The position numbers and the translations under genes were made by a program. The notes beneath the pieces are model-generated. The model saw nothing but the letters and a program-made list of their open reading frames with translations, searched no databases and had not been told where the DNA came from. A DNA stretch of 64,000 nt, from contig NMRA01000095.1 in the NCBI GenBank assembly GCA_002633005.1, positions 363,901 through 427,900 of the forward strand. The letters are read 5' to 3'. Positions 10,843 to 23,797 of the stretch are shown here, one piece after another (position 1 is the stretch's first letter; every line of letters starts with the position of its first letter). This DNA comes from Phoronis australis (taxonomy: Eukaryota; Animalia; Phoronida).

Positions 10843-12214
10843 GTAACTTGCATTTATGAGGTATACTATCTTTTGTTGTGGGACCATGTTATAAGATGAC
10901 GTTAAGCACGGAAGTACCTCAAATAATTGCTGCATTTCATGTAGTTTGCAAGCTTGTGCGACCTCTTGTGGATCATTGTTTTTGTTGTTTTGGGAGGCGG
11001 GAAAACCCGGATATTGTACCTTTAAAACCCAATAAATATAGGCCACAACATCACAGTTGCAGACGTCAGCTAATGATGTTGCCCATGGATTTTTTTTTCT
11101 GGTAAGTCATTCTTCCTGGTTAGCGTGTGTTATTTCAGTCACCATAAATTAGCAACTTCCTATGCAACAAAAATCTGTAAACATCGAACGGCAAGGTAGT
11201 TAGAACGCTCTTAGCAGTAAGCTCATGTTATTTCCTATTTAAAAGTGGGGTGGATGAACTGATGTGGAACAAAAAAAAAACAATGCACGTGGGGAAGGCA
11301 CTATCAAAACATTCCGCGTGCTTCGTTGTGTAACCCATGGCGTTACATTATTGAGGATTCGTGTCTTCACCCTATACTTCCTAATGATCCCGAATTATAC
11401 GTGAATTGTTTGCGGGCAATTGAGGAAAGTTTTGGAGAACAAAAATGAAAAGAGAATAGCCCCTGTCGTGTTTGAGTGGCTTTTTCACTTCATCATCAGA
11501 TTTCATTTTATCGCTTAGGCGAACTTAAGGAGAGGCAAGCCTCGGACAGCACCAAAAAACGTTTTCGGCGTGTTTAGGATCAACGCGGACATTTTCCTTA
11601 AGAAATTTTAGTTGCCACCCCGTTTATGAATTAATTAAGGTTAAGGTATAATTAGAGTTGGGGCCATTGCCACATTTGCGAGTTGCCGCTCGGTCTCCCC
11701 CGCCCCCCCTCCCCGTGACTGGGGTACGAACGTGTGACTACAACAGGAGCGAGCCTCGGTTTGGTGCAGTGCCCTAGTCAAAGGTAATCCGGCACCGACT
11801 ATGTCGTTTTACGGCACCGCTCATAATTCCACCCAATCCCTTCCTGTGGTAATGAGCTCTTACGACGACTTCCCAGATGGCAAAAGTATTAGTTTTCTGT
11901 TAATGTAACTGACGACTAAAGTTGGTGTAGAGAATTAGGCCCAGAATCGATAAGTAATCAGGATAGGTATACTTTGTGAAGTTCAGAGAAACACCATACA
12001 AAACATTGTTTTCAGTGGGCCACTTGAAATCCGATGTAAAAGTGTACATCGTCTTTATTTCATGTGCGGTTTACACTAATATAAAGTTATTGATGTTTGA
12101 CCTGTTGGAAAATTCTCGGTCCCTGAAGTCTTTCATACATTTGCTTATTTTAGCAGCATTCCATTGTAGTCTTGTTCTAATGGTGGAAGAATAGGTTTGT
12201 TTCTTTACATATAG

Positions 12215-12368
12215 GAATGCGGTCGGTATCCACGTGTTAGAGTCAACGTAAATGGACAGAACTGCGCAGAACTGGTCACCAGACGGAAGGCGGCGTGCTA
12301 CACATATGACACAATGAGTATGGACTGTTGTGATGCGTGCATGCCTCATAAAGATGAACGCAGACCAG
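12215..12368 (+). CDS. Exon 2, 6-Cys module 1 (ECGRYPRVRVNVNGQNCAELVTRRKAACYTYDTMSMDCCDACMPHKDERRPG)
   Basis: Acceptor tttctttacatatag, donor CAG|GTAAAT; phase 0 in, phase 1 out; C..C..CY..CCxxC pattern. Confidence 0.88.
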
Positions 12369-12711
12369 GTAAATTTAGATGCGTGATCTCGTTTTATATC
12401 GGAGGTGTGAATAATGCTACATTCGGTTACCATCGGCTCCTTCAATGAATAAACCGGAACCGGCGCCATATTGATCAGTAGACCACTATCCATGAATGCA
12501 GGTGCACATGCACAGGCGGCATTTGCGAAATTGTAGACAAGTCCAAAGCTTGTTGGTTTAACATTCTAAAAATACCCAATTTCATTAAAAAACAATGATG
12601 ATTTTTAGTTGTTCCGTGGTAGTGCTTTTCTTAATAAATAGTGAAACATGCACTCATTGATACATTTTGTGGCTAATAACAGAGTACTTTTGCCAAATTA
12701 TATAATTTAAG

Positions 12712-12834
12712 GTTGCAAATATGGAGACCGTTCAGACGACTGTCGAAACCTGAGGGCCAACATGTGTTATAACCTCTTCAACGGTAACCTCTGCTGTGCG
12801 AGCTGCCACGCCCTCCGCCGTCCAGATACGCCAA
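12712..12834 (+). CDS. Exon 3, 6-Cys module 2 (CKYGDRSDDCRNLRANMCYNLFNGNLCCASCHALRRPDTP)
   Basis: Acceptor tttaag, donor A|GTGAGT; 123 nt, symmetric phase 1-1; CxYGD...CY...CCxSC. Confidence 0.9.
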
Positions 12835-13843
12835 GTGAGTGTCACGCGACGTCTTGTTTGCGTACCTGCAGGTGAACTGCATTGCTGTATTGTTTTGAAT
12901 GTGGTGACAAAGCGCAGTTCTGTCGGAAACTCATACTGTGTCAGTTAGGCTTACGAGACGCAAAATAAACGGCTTTGTAGTTGCGACACTTATCCGCCGA
13001 TATCAAAAAATCAGCAACTCTAGTTAATTCCATTACAGAGGGTAGCAAACCTTGTTTCATTCTATTTATGACCAGATAACGTAAAGCTTAAAATATAACG
13101 ACTAAATTGCTGCAAAAGCTTCAAATAAACTTGAAAACTCCTTTCAAAATGTGATTAATCCACAAGTAGGACTAGGGTTGGTTTTTGGCGCATTAATTGA
13201 CGGCTTTGGGGAGAAGCCGTTCATAGTCTTCGAACTAAAAAGTGATGAAAAGGGGAGGAAGTTAAAAGGTTTTTCGGTGAATGAAGCTTTTCCGCCTGTC
13301 TCTAAATAGAAATTTTAATTGTACGATATCGGACAGAACTGGTTTTGAGCGAAATCGTCAAAATAGTATAGTATCCATTTTGCCGGCTCCCCGTCACGAT
13401 CCCAAAGAATCACGTGACAATGCGATCGCTTAACACTTATTTCAATTCATTACACTTGCTGCCTAAGAATCATTTTCTAGTCCTTTCTGCCTTTCTGCTT
13501 AAACCTGTAACTTAAACATAAATTATTAGAAACAAGCTCGTGGTACTTGGCGCTTAGCCACATACACGCACAAAGCACAATTACAGATGGTCTGTAATCA
13601 AGGGTGTGGAAACGATTCCGTGGTAGCGCCTTTACAATTGCGTAAACCGCCGGAAGTTCCGTACCAGCAAATACCAAACACGCGCTACAAGTTTCATACC
13701 CATTAAACTCCACTGACACATCGAAATATTCCGTACTTGGGTACTAAACTCCATACCTGGTGACCACACTCCAGTGGTGAACTATCCGGGACGTGGGGTA
13801 CCTGTATGAAATTTGTACCAAGGGTCTGCGGTTTGTTAGTCCG

Positions 13844-13995
13844 CCGGGCGTGCGTTCAGTAGACGCTAGGACCTACGCTAGGACCTAGCAAAAAGCTAGT
13901 CAAGGTCACGTGCTCTTATTTAAAATACACGGTAATATCTCGCGTAATCTCGCAAAGTCTTGCAAGCTAGGTCCTAGCGTTACTGAACGGGAGGC
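13844..13995 (-). mobile_element. ~150-bp MITE-like repeat, copy 1 (inverted relative to 19113-19411)
   Basis: Inverted ends cgttcagtagacgctaggacct ... aggtcctagcgttactgaacg; the body is the reverse complement of the units at 19113-19411. Confidence 0.85.
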
Positions 13996-16364
13996 GGGAT
14001 CATAGCCAGTAGAATTTAGAGCATGCGCGCACCCAGCCTCAAAAATGGGGTACTCGAATTTTGAGTATGTGGACTTTTTACTAAGATTCACTGAGTACGT
14101 TCAGGGCTATGAATTGTGCATTCGCCGAATTATAGCTGTTGCCTTCTTAGTGGACTTTTATCTCATTTTCTACTTTTTTAGAAGTTTTTGTTTCTCCGAG
14201 GCGGACCTTTTTGCCCACTTCGCCAAATGGGAGGAGGGCTCATTCGAAATAATTAATTCATGCATATTCAAATTTGTTCAAAGAGTTGTTTCATGTCTAA
14301 GCTAGACGTGGAGATTGCCAGCATGCTCTGAGACGAGTGATCCAGTTTAACACCCTGAACTGTCTGTATTCACTTATGTTATTAACTCCATTAGTTTCAA
14401 TCGCTTGCAATAAAACAACAAACTAACACATTCTGTTTGGTGTGGTTGTACGTGTTGACAACTAGATTCATTTTCCACAGTAAACCAAACAGTTGTTTGT
14501 CTGCTCCTGAAAAAGTCTAGAGTGTCGTCTTTTATTAGTCAATATGCCACGCGTGACCTCTGACATGTCGAGATTAGACTACTCTATAATATCTTCCTGA
14601 CTTCAGGGCTTTTCCGAACAGTTAGAATGTGAACGGAATCAACGGAAAGTCTCCAGATTCCCTTAGCGATACAATACTATTTTTCAAAATACTGGAATTT
14701 CGTTTTCCAGGTTTCCGATGGATGTTATCTCAAAAAAGTACACGCAACCTCATATACATCGGTCAATGAGATGGCTGACCATGCTGTTTCAAGCAGGTTC
14801 CCACGCATTGAAATCCCAAAAATGTCGATCATCCTTTTACCGCGCGGTTTTGTTACTGTTTACACGTGTGCAAAGAAAGTGGCTTTTTGCTAACTTGAAT
14901 TAATCAATATTTCCACGTGCTTCGACCAACATAATAATTGAAATTGTCTGTCAACCGTATAATGCCAAGGCGAAAAGCATAGTCGATCGTCATTTGAACG
15001 CCATTCACGATATAGCATTTTAGAACACGTTGCAAATTCGATCTCATCAGTCTCGTTCCCGCTTATTCAGATAAGAAAAGATTTCCGGGTTTGATAAGAA
15101 CTGACTGTTCATATTCCTACATCAAATCAAACCCGTGAAGGTTGCTTGCGAGGCAGGATAGTTTTAGCCGCCAAAGCACTGTAGACTTCGTTGGTCCGAT
15201 TCAGGCGTTTTGTTGCAACTAATTTCAGTTCAAATAATTAACGGATAAGAAAACGTTGTACTGGAGGAGCAAATACTCCTTCCTGTCAGTGCAGAATTTT
15301 GTTTTGAAAGCAGCCGATGCCGAGACCAAAAAATTCAGTGAAATGTCTTCGACTAGTCACGGGATTTTGAGTGTTTTTATAGGGTCAGTCCAAATGAACG
15401 TACTTTTCCCTTGTCGTGCTCTGTTGGTAGCTTCTAATTCGAATTAAATATTGGCACTTCAGTTCTTCACAATTGAATCGGCCAACAATAAACGCACAGC
15501 GATAATTTAATTGACTTATGGTTTGATTTTCCTTAACGATGGCCACATTGTGCGACGTATTGGACACGTTTATGAGGAAAGTATGCTCAGAGAGCTAATT
15601 ATGAACCTTGCGGGCACTTTTGTATAGATTCTGAAAACACACCCAATCAGCAAGCGCACTTCATACAGACTAAAATTTTGGGTTTACCATCTCGCTGTCG
15701 AACCATGCCACGTAGTCCTACACACGTGACACCGCTACACGGATATAGGAAGCGGGGGTCCCCTTCAAGCATGAACCTTCAAGCATGGCATATCAAATCC
15801 ACCAGTGTGAGGTCATGACATTGTGTCTCGCAAATAACCTATTACCTATTTCATTTACGTGCGCTTGACAAAACTGAATAATATTGCAGCACCCCCCGCC
15901 CCTCCTGTTTGAAGACACGTACGACAGTGCTGTCTGTTTGAATTGCACACTCTCTAAACTCGCGGTGTACTTGTCGATTCTCCAAAGAACAGCAACAGAG
16001 CAGGGGTCTTTCTCATGAAAAGTAACTTAAAACGAAAATTTGGTCTTCCGTTTCTACTTCATTACCAATGAAGACCGAGAACGGGAGGCATGGCCCCTAG
16101 TGTGTCCCCCTCAACGTGGCTACCCCTGTGTTCAGTCCAATACAGCTTCGCGTATGTGATCAAAGAGCTTCAGTGAATTTTATTCGAGTCGTTCTTAGCA
16201 TACCATGAATAGCTCTAAAGGAAGGTTATAGTGGAGTATTTGGCATGATATGCATATCGAAGGTGTTGGCCCTTTTGCTGATTGCATGTGAAAAAACTGC
16301 CGTGTTGAACGAGCAGCTCACGAGGGTGCGTCGCACGCTGACTCCGAGTCGCCTCCCATCATGT

Positions 16365-16545
16365 CACGAATCATGTGTATAAACCACTGGCTTACATCAA
16401 GTGTGTTTGTTTCATTTTATTTCTGCCTGAAGATGACCCATAACCGGGCTCGAAACTCTGGTTTTCATTATACATTTTAGTTATGTCTCTTGGTGATCCG
16501 TTCTATCGTTGTTTATTTGGAGGATCTACAAATAACCCATGAATT
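16365..16545 (+). mobile_element. Probable solo Penelope pLTR-like remnant with a degenerate hammerhead core
   Basis: TATAAA (~16378), then CTGAAGA-TGACCC-ataacc-GGGcTC-GAAAC (16427-16456), then a T-rich tail; same layout as the PLE 3' end at 720-960. Confidence 0.5.
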
Positions 16546-19112
16546 TGAGAGAGTGTGTTTTGAAGTTGTGTCTTTACCTAGTTGAGGATGCCAAACAGTC
16601 GTGTGTTGGGGCATAGGCGCATGCGTAGTCGCCGTGCACCACCTTCAGTTTTGACTCACCGTAAATTAGTAACGATACGCTGGTTTTGCGTTTCGATACC
16701 CGGCGTTTGTATACGTTACAATAGGCCTACAGGACAGGTCCTTCTGCGTCTACTACCTGAACTAAAGATTTGATACTAGTTTTTATTGGCAAAGTAAGTT
16801 GTGCATACGTGTAGATTACGATACATAGGAAAATTAATACTGCAACACTAACACTGTCACCTGTGTTCTGCTCCAAAGAAAAACAATATCTGCATTGGTG
16901 TTTCTACATTTCAAAAGTAAAACACATACGTACTTGACGCGACTAGAGTAATGTGTTAAGTGTTGAGAGGTCAACACTGAGGTAAAAAGAAAATTTATTA
17001 TTTTTTTTATTATATCTTGTTGTAAAAAGTGTGTTATTGTATGTTCTTTGACTTTCTGCTAAGAGACGTTTGGAAAAAGCACGAGCCCCAGCGCAGTCAT
17101 AATTATCACGCAATGACACTTGTGTCTATTCGCCAATTATTCTTGAACTTCTGAACTTATGTATTTTCTGACGAAAGCAAAATCAAACCAAAGAACCTGT
17201 GACTCTGAAACACATTGGCCAATTCACCTTCTCAGTACAAATGAACGTCCAAACGTGCTGCGTTGATTCGTTGTCCTTCGGGCACATACCTGCCTCTAAA
17301 TTTAGCACTGCTGCAACTAATCGCAAAGTGGGTACTTTAGATCTAAGTGTAATCATTGACTTTTTTTAAACAGTAACGGTGCCCCAAAAGTGTACACAGT
17401 ACGATGACAACAAATTCCGCGTGAAAGAAATCATAAAAACTCATGTAATATGAGAAATGGTTGACGTAAATGTTTCAATCTTGATGGAAAAGATTTTTCG
17501 TTAAGATAAATACAAACACGTCCGCTACATTATCGGATACCCGCGTCACCTATCGGATTTCATTGCTGTTACATCTACAGTTCTCCATGTGAATAACACT
17601 ATTCATTTTGACACATCTGTGAACCATGACTACCGTGTTCAATTAGACAGGATTGATGTATTTGCCAGATTTCATTTTGAAACCATTGAATGCTTTTGAC
17701 AAACATCGTGGGCAGCAAATTCTCCTCAAAGTCATTTGAAATACAAGAGCAACCCAAATGCATAACAATGTTGGCGGTTAATTTTTGTTGTGTAGGCGTT
17801 CATTTTATTTCCCTGTTCTTGAAGCTTTCGCTGTCGTGAATCAGTTTGTGTTGTTGTGCGAGTCCAATGTTAGTTTTATGAGCAAGCTTGCTAGTTGGTC
17901 TGTGAATTTAATCAAATACCTAACAAAACTATTAAAGTGAACCCTGTAAAAGTTAATATTTTACGAAAGCATGACGTGTTTTTAAGAATATGTCTTTTGA
18001 CCTGATACCAACTCTGTCACTGATTGGGTCTTGTTAGTATAATTCCACTTGGAAGAAAAATGTGATCACAGTAAAATAACAGTGCCAATAACCGACGACC
18101 AGATCTTTGTTGGTATGACTATTTAATATGAAATCTCAACTACTTGGTCTCACTTTTATAATTTTTTCTTTTTCTTTTTGCTCGTGAAGTTTTCTTTTCT
18201 TTTTAAATCGTAGATCTCTTAAATACATATTGTTGCATAACCTCATGGAAAGTTAGAACATTCTAAAAAGAATTCCTAACAACACTTTGGAGAACAGTGC
18301 TTAAAATAGTTTGAAAGTTTCGGAGATATGATGTTTCGAAATTATCGACATTTTGAATTTTTCTAAGGGTTGGGAAAACTCTAAAAGTTGTTATACTATT
18401 AATGTTGAATTTATTAGAGTTTTGGTATTTAAAAACATTTTCATCCTCATCCGATCTTGAATTGTTGCCGAATGAGCTGGCAATTCAAGTCATGCGAAAT
18501 TTTCGAATCCACAATTTTAATTTAGGCCGGAGTTGGACAAATCCAAGAAACTGTGATAAGCATCTTCATTTGGTCTCCATGTTCTTGTTGGTAATTGAAA
18601 TAGAATCCTATCGTGGTATGAGATCGCTCTGTGAGAGTAAAATGCCTAATTCAATTTCCGTTCTAGCTAAACAGTGGGAAATGCAGTTTTAACCTCAGTG
18701 ACTTAGCATACTAATTGGTGTCTTAGGTATTGTCTAAATTACTAGAGGTTTGTCAAAGCGACTCATGATTGGAGACCAAATTGTTAGTGGCTCAAATGGA
18801 AACCAACTTTTTTATCAATAACAGATAAAATCGAAAGAAGACTGTGCCAATGGCTACCAGGCCAAGCTGGACTGCCTACTGGCGATGTTGGATGGTTGTG
18901 TGCTATGCCACGACGTTAGTGGGGCGGAGTTTTATAAGGAAACATAAAGTTCTAATCCTGGGCGTAGATAAGGGGGGTAGCGACAGCAGTTTCCCCTCTG
19001 CCTCTTCGCTCACCACCCAGTTTTACCTCGAAGCCTATGCCAAGCAGTTTTACCGCATCCACCTCATCGATACCCCTTTTACCTCAGCCTGCGCCGCCCT
19101 CCAGTCGACATC

Positions 19113-19411
19113 GGCCTCTCGTTCAGTAACGCTAAGGACCTCGCTAAAAAGCAAGACTTCGCGAGATTACGTGAGAAATTGTCGTGTATTCTGAATGAGA
19201 ACACGTGACTTTGACTAGCTTTTAGCTAGGTCCTAGCGTAGGTCCTAGCGTCTACTGAACACACGCCGGCCTCCCGTTCAGTAACGCTAGGACCTCGCTA
19301 AAAAGCAAGACTTCGCGAGATTACGTGAGATATTGCCGTGCATTTTAAATGAGAACACGTGACTTTGACTAGGTTTTAGCTAGGTCCTAGCGTCTACTGA
19401 ACGCACGCCGG
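19113..19411 (+). mobile_element. Head-to-tail dimer of the same ~150-bp MITE-like repeat
   Basis: Two tandem units (19113-19269, 19268-19411): cgttcagtaacgctaggacctcgctaaaaagcaagacttcgcgagattacgtgaga...ggtcctagcgtctactgaac. Confidence 0.88.
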
Positions 19412-19675
19412 GTTTAACCCTCCCTGAACAACAACAGTTTTGCTTCCGCCATGCTTTTGTTGCTTTAGACTCGGGAGAAGCTGCCTCTAACTTGATGAGG
19501 GAGGGCACTCCCACCCCAGCATCACACTCCTATGCAAATGTATAATTGATAACCAAGTAGCCAAGGCGTTGTTTTCAAAATTCAAGCTCTTACAACGGGA
19601 CGTACAAAACCTATTCAAAACTGACGCTCCGCTTTAATCCTCCTTCAAATCGTCTTTCAAGTTGTCTCTTTCCAG

Positions 19676-19792
19676 ATTGCTTGTATGGAGATAAAGCCGA
19701 CTGGTGTCGATCAATCCAGCCAGGCCGATGTTACCTGAACGACCACGTGTGTTGCCAAACTTGTCGTCACTACAAAAGGGATAACGCACCAG
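19676..19792 (+). CDS. Exon 4, 6-Cys module 3 (CLYGDKADWCRSIQPGRCYLNDHVCCQTCRHYKRDNAPG)
   Basis: Acceptor tctctttccag, donor CAG|GTAAAT; 117 nt, phase 1-1. Confidence 0.9.
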
Positions 19793-20350
19793 GTAAATTT
19801 CCATTTTTTCGAGATAATCGAAGCTTTATGACCAAATGCACTTCGTTGTATTTATTTTTTTGGGGTTCCATGTCGAATTTTGGAACAACGGGAAACCTCG
19901 AACAAGACATATTCAAATACCTTTTTTCAGTCTTTGAAGTACGTACCCGAATACGCGCGTTTTAGGCTCACGAGCCTTTGTGTGCAGAAGTGTCTACATC
20001 GAAATTTAGGCGTATGTGCTTACATGATAAACAGTTGAGTAAAACCAAGGAATGTTTTGCTTAAAATAGCTTGACAAATCCTTTACACAAGTTGGCAATG
20101 ACATGTTGACGTGAGTTTGCCGTTTAAATAAGAAGTACTGAGAGGTTGGACAAAACACACAAAAACACCCAGTTTGATAGGTATGCACATGATAGTGAAA
20201 TTTAGGCGCAGGCGCATATGCCCTAGCCACCGTACGTTGCCATTTTTGACAAACGCACGATTTTGAATATTCGCGTATACACGGTACTAGGTTCTCTTCA
20301 ACATCGTTTCAATGTTTATTACCAACTGAAAGGTCAAATTCTCCCTACAG

Positions 20351-20479
20351 GTTGTGAGTATGGAGACCGGATGATTTGTGACGCTGTACTCGGTAAAAGA
20401 AACTTGTGTTACCGTCAAGACGTCCAGTATAATTGCTGTGCTTCCTGCCCGCGCGTCAAGATAGCATCGAGCAACCCTG
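20351..20479 (+). CDS. Exon 5, 6-Cys module 4 (CEYGDRMICDAVLGKRNLCYRQDVQYNCCASCPRVKIASSNPG)
   Basis: Acceptor ttctccctacag, donor CTG|GTATGT; 129 nt, phase 1-1. Confidence 0.9.
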
Positions 20480-21296
20480 GTATGTGTACGTGCATGTGAA
20501 TGAGCGTGATCTTGAAAGGCACCCCCCCCCCCCAAAAAAAAAAAATACAAGCATTTGTTTTCTCAGATCGCATGAGATCATAAAAAACGAAGTAACATTT
20601 CAAACTAAATACAAAACAGACGCGTGTCACATCACGAGAACGAATAAGCGGCGCCGAATCCAATATTGCTGTTATTTGCAGTCAGAATGGATTCCAACGG
20701 AAATATTTTGTTTCTGCTTTATCAGACTGCATCAAGCAGGTTACAAGAGGTTGCCAACGAGAGACTGCGCGGAGAATTAACGTTGAGCCTTTTAGTTGTT
20801 TTTTAGTTGAAAATGGGGAAGAAAGGTAAAATTGTATGTCGAACATAAAATAGAAGTAACTGGTGAAGAAAACGGGCACTATTTGTTTAGCTTCAACCCG
20901 GGGGTTCTCTCAAAATAATATATAGGGATGTTTCTCTGCGCTGTCAAAATCTAGAGCAACGCAATACCTTAATAGCCGGAAAATGGGCGTCCGGAGTCAA
21001 TACCCAGTGATAAACTAAATGATGAAAAGCCTTGCCTCGAGACAACAGACTGATTTCGCCACTTCTTCCGTTTGTCTTACCCGAGATAATACCTCAAAGC
21101 CGCCAAGTACCACTGGATATCTCCGAGACGATACCTGAAGGAAATAAAACATCCATCCCACTTTGAAGCGTATCAATTCCTACAAACCCTTTCAATGAGA
21201 GAGCCCCGGGACCCTTCAGTTTTTGTTCTACCTCATGTGCAAAGGGCGCAAAAGTCTTCCAAAGCGGACAGTTAAGTTCATATATTTTCATTACAG

Positions 21297-21451
21297 GTTG
21301 TGAGTACGGCGACAAAATTGACCTCATCACGACACTGGACCACGGTGATTTGACTTGTCGCCAGTACGTGCACCGGTTTGGACGAGAGGCTTGTTACTCG
21401 GCCCAGATAAGCGAGGACTGTTGTCACTCTTGTAAACCGTACATTGGGTGA
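21297..21451 (+). CDS. Terminal exon 6, 6-Cys module 5 (CEYGDKIDLITTLDHGDLTCRQYVHRFGREACYSAQISEDCCHSCKPYIG*)
   Basis: Acceptor ttttcattacag, phase 1, TGA at 21449-21451; ATTAAA near 21673 is a possible polyA signal. Confidence 0.9.
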
Positions 21452-22327
21452 TACCTGCACGAGACGATGGCGCTTTCACAATGAACAAAATTTCTGTGGC
21501 GTATATTTTTACAAGGGAGTAATTCAAAGTCTGTGCTGATTGCCGCTGTACCGTATACGACATTTTGTATTTACAGATTCGTGAATTTATTATTTTGAAT
21601 AATAATTCTGTTCGTATAACTGTACTAACAAACAAGCAATGAAAGACTACTGAGATAGAAATATTGTATTATATTAAATTTTGATAAAGTCGTTTCACTG
21701 GAAGTGCCCCATGTGCTTAAATGCAAAACTCATAACTGTTTTGCCGAAGCAGATTTGTCAAAGATCTTCTCTGAATATCGCCTATATTTTGCCTGCCGGT
21801 CGGACGCAACACAGTGCGTTTCCTGTTTGAGCGTTTTCAAATTGACGTTTTGCTCGAAACTGTCTTAGTGAAACACAATGTAGTTCTAATCCGAGTTAAT
21901 TCATCAGTTGATATTGAAGCTTTGCTTTTGCCAAACTTTCGTTAAAAATGAATTTCAGTTTCCACATTTAGGTACTATTTATAGTGAAATTAATAATTTT
22001 TAATTACGTCTCTTTATATCTATATGTACAATGTTTATAACCAATTGTTCCACAGCAACATTATCACACTTTCTCGTGATTTCTCGCATCAAGTAACCGA
22101 GTCTCTCTGTATCGAAACTCGTCCAGACCATTAACAATCTACTACTTCATGTACATGGCAAAATTGGTAGAATTATAAAGAAAATGTTGCTAAATTATAG
22201 TTTACTACTGGTTTTATTTTGAGTTCTTTTTGCATTGTACTGGAGACAGGAGTTTGTCACGAAAATGCTGTCGGTGAAAAGACTTGGATATTCTCTAAGC
22301 ATCGGAGTAAAAACACAGAAAAAGTCA

Positions 22328-22492
22328 TTCCATAACGACATAAGGTAGACGTCTTCCATAACGACACAAGGTAGACGTCTTCCATAACGACATAAGGTAG
22401 ACGTCTGGTATAACGACACAAGGTAGACGTCTGGTATAACGACATAAGGTAGACGTCTTCCATAACGACACAAGGTAGACGTCTGGTATAAC
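22328..22492. repeat. 26-bp minisatellite, about 6.3 copies
   Basis: (C/T)ATAACGACA(T/C)AAGGTAGACGTCT(TC/GG) at a 26-nt period from 22331, with no spacers. Confidence 0.95.
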
Positions 22493-23638
22493 AGTAAATT
22501 ATACAATGACACAAATTTTGTCTTGGAAACTTTCGTCATCGTTTAATTTCCTCATCAAATTGACAGACAGCATAGAATTCAGACCCGTAATCAGTCATTC
22601 CGAGGAGTGGATTTGAATTTTAGGCACGGAATCTCACCCCTCTTACCTCGGTCTACATGTAAGTCATCGTAATCACCCTCTGTTCAATGCTCAGCGGGTG
22701 AACTATCCCGCACGAGAATTGGTACTCGTTGATTCTAGGAATTGGTTCGGCGTCAGTTGCAGACCCTTTCAGGGACGTGCCGTCAACTAGAGTGTGTATT
22801 TCACTTGGTATTTTGTTTTCTCGGAAATAGGTAGATTAAACCTTCAGGCATCGTCATGTGAGGTTCACAGGTGAGTGACTCGGATTTGGATCGTGCCAGG
22901 TGCGCAAGTTGAGTTTGCGGTAACCGCGGTAACTAAATGGGGGAGGGGCAAGGTGTCGGGTATTTTGTCTAATATTGCCTCGGGAATAACTGCCACGGAA
23001 TTCCCTTGATACGAGTATTAACGGATACGCATTATTTGGAAGAGGGCTCTCCAGGCCAAATCAATAACTGTTGTTGAAATCTTAGATATCTGTCACTAAA
23101 CACACTTCTCTATATTGCGCCCTGTTTCACTGGTTTATGAAAACGAAAATCAGTATCGTAATATTCCTCACCGCGATGGGATTCTACTTCCGTTACCAAA
23201 AAGAACATCAAAACCGTCAACGACTCAAGAAAACGCTTCAGAGTTTATTGGGGTTGGCGCCCCCTGAAGTGGCAAATTACATGGCACGATGCATGTGACT
23301 TAAGTAAAAATAATGGAACCTTGGGACGGTAAGGAATATTAAAAGGGTGACTTTATGAAAGTAAAAGCACAATTCGATTTTTAGTCTACCCAACAAGGCG
23401 ACATGCAGCTTCACACTGTAACAAGCAATCCAGGAGGATGGGGGTGGTATGTGCTCTGCTTCATAACGCGACTCGATGATACAATGAGCAATGTTCGAGA
23501 CACGATCACTAAATACGAACAGTACCAAGCAGACAAGCGGTAATGACCAAATTCTCAATACTTTCGCCAACCAAACCCGTATTTGCAGTGGTTCGCGCTG
23601 GTACGAACGCAATTCAAAACTCGACTGACATACTCCCC

Positions 23639-23797
23639 CAAGGCTTGGAAAACTTAACCGAAATAAATATTTTTGCATGACAAAGTCCAAATTATGACAA
23701 AAAAAGAGGCGAAAAAGAGGAAACTTGTAATCAAATAAGAGGATATCGAATCCAAAAAAGAGGAAATCCTCTTAAAAGAGGGAAATTCCAAGCCCTG
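23639..23797. mobile_element. Short non-autonomous DNA transposon (CAGGGCTTGGAA-type TIR)
   Basis: Ends caaggcttggaa ... ttccaagccctg with internal aagagg subrepeats; the TSD is imperfect. Confidence 0.55.

Noticed and set aside
12071-12493. 140-aa minus-strand ORF
   Set aside because: Antisense shadow of the real plus-strand Cys-module exon 12215-12368.
22328-22492. CRISPR-like array of 26-bp repeats
   Set aside because: Units are directly adjacent with no unique spacers, there are no cas genes and the context is eukaryotic; it is a minisatellite. The ORFs 22195-22539 and 22257-22514 are by-products.
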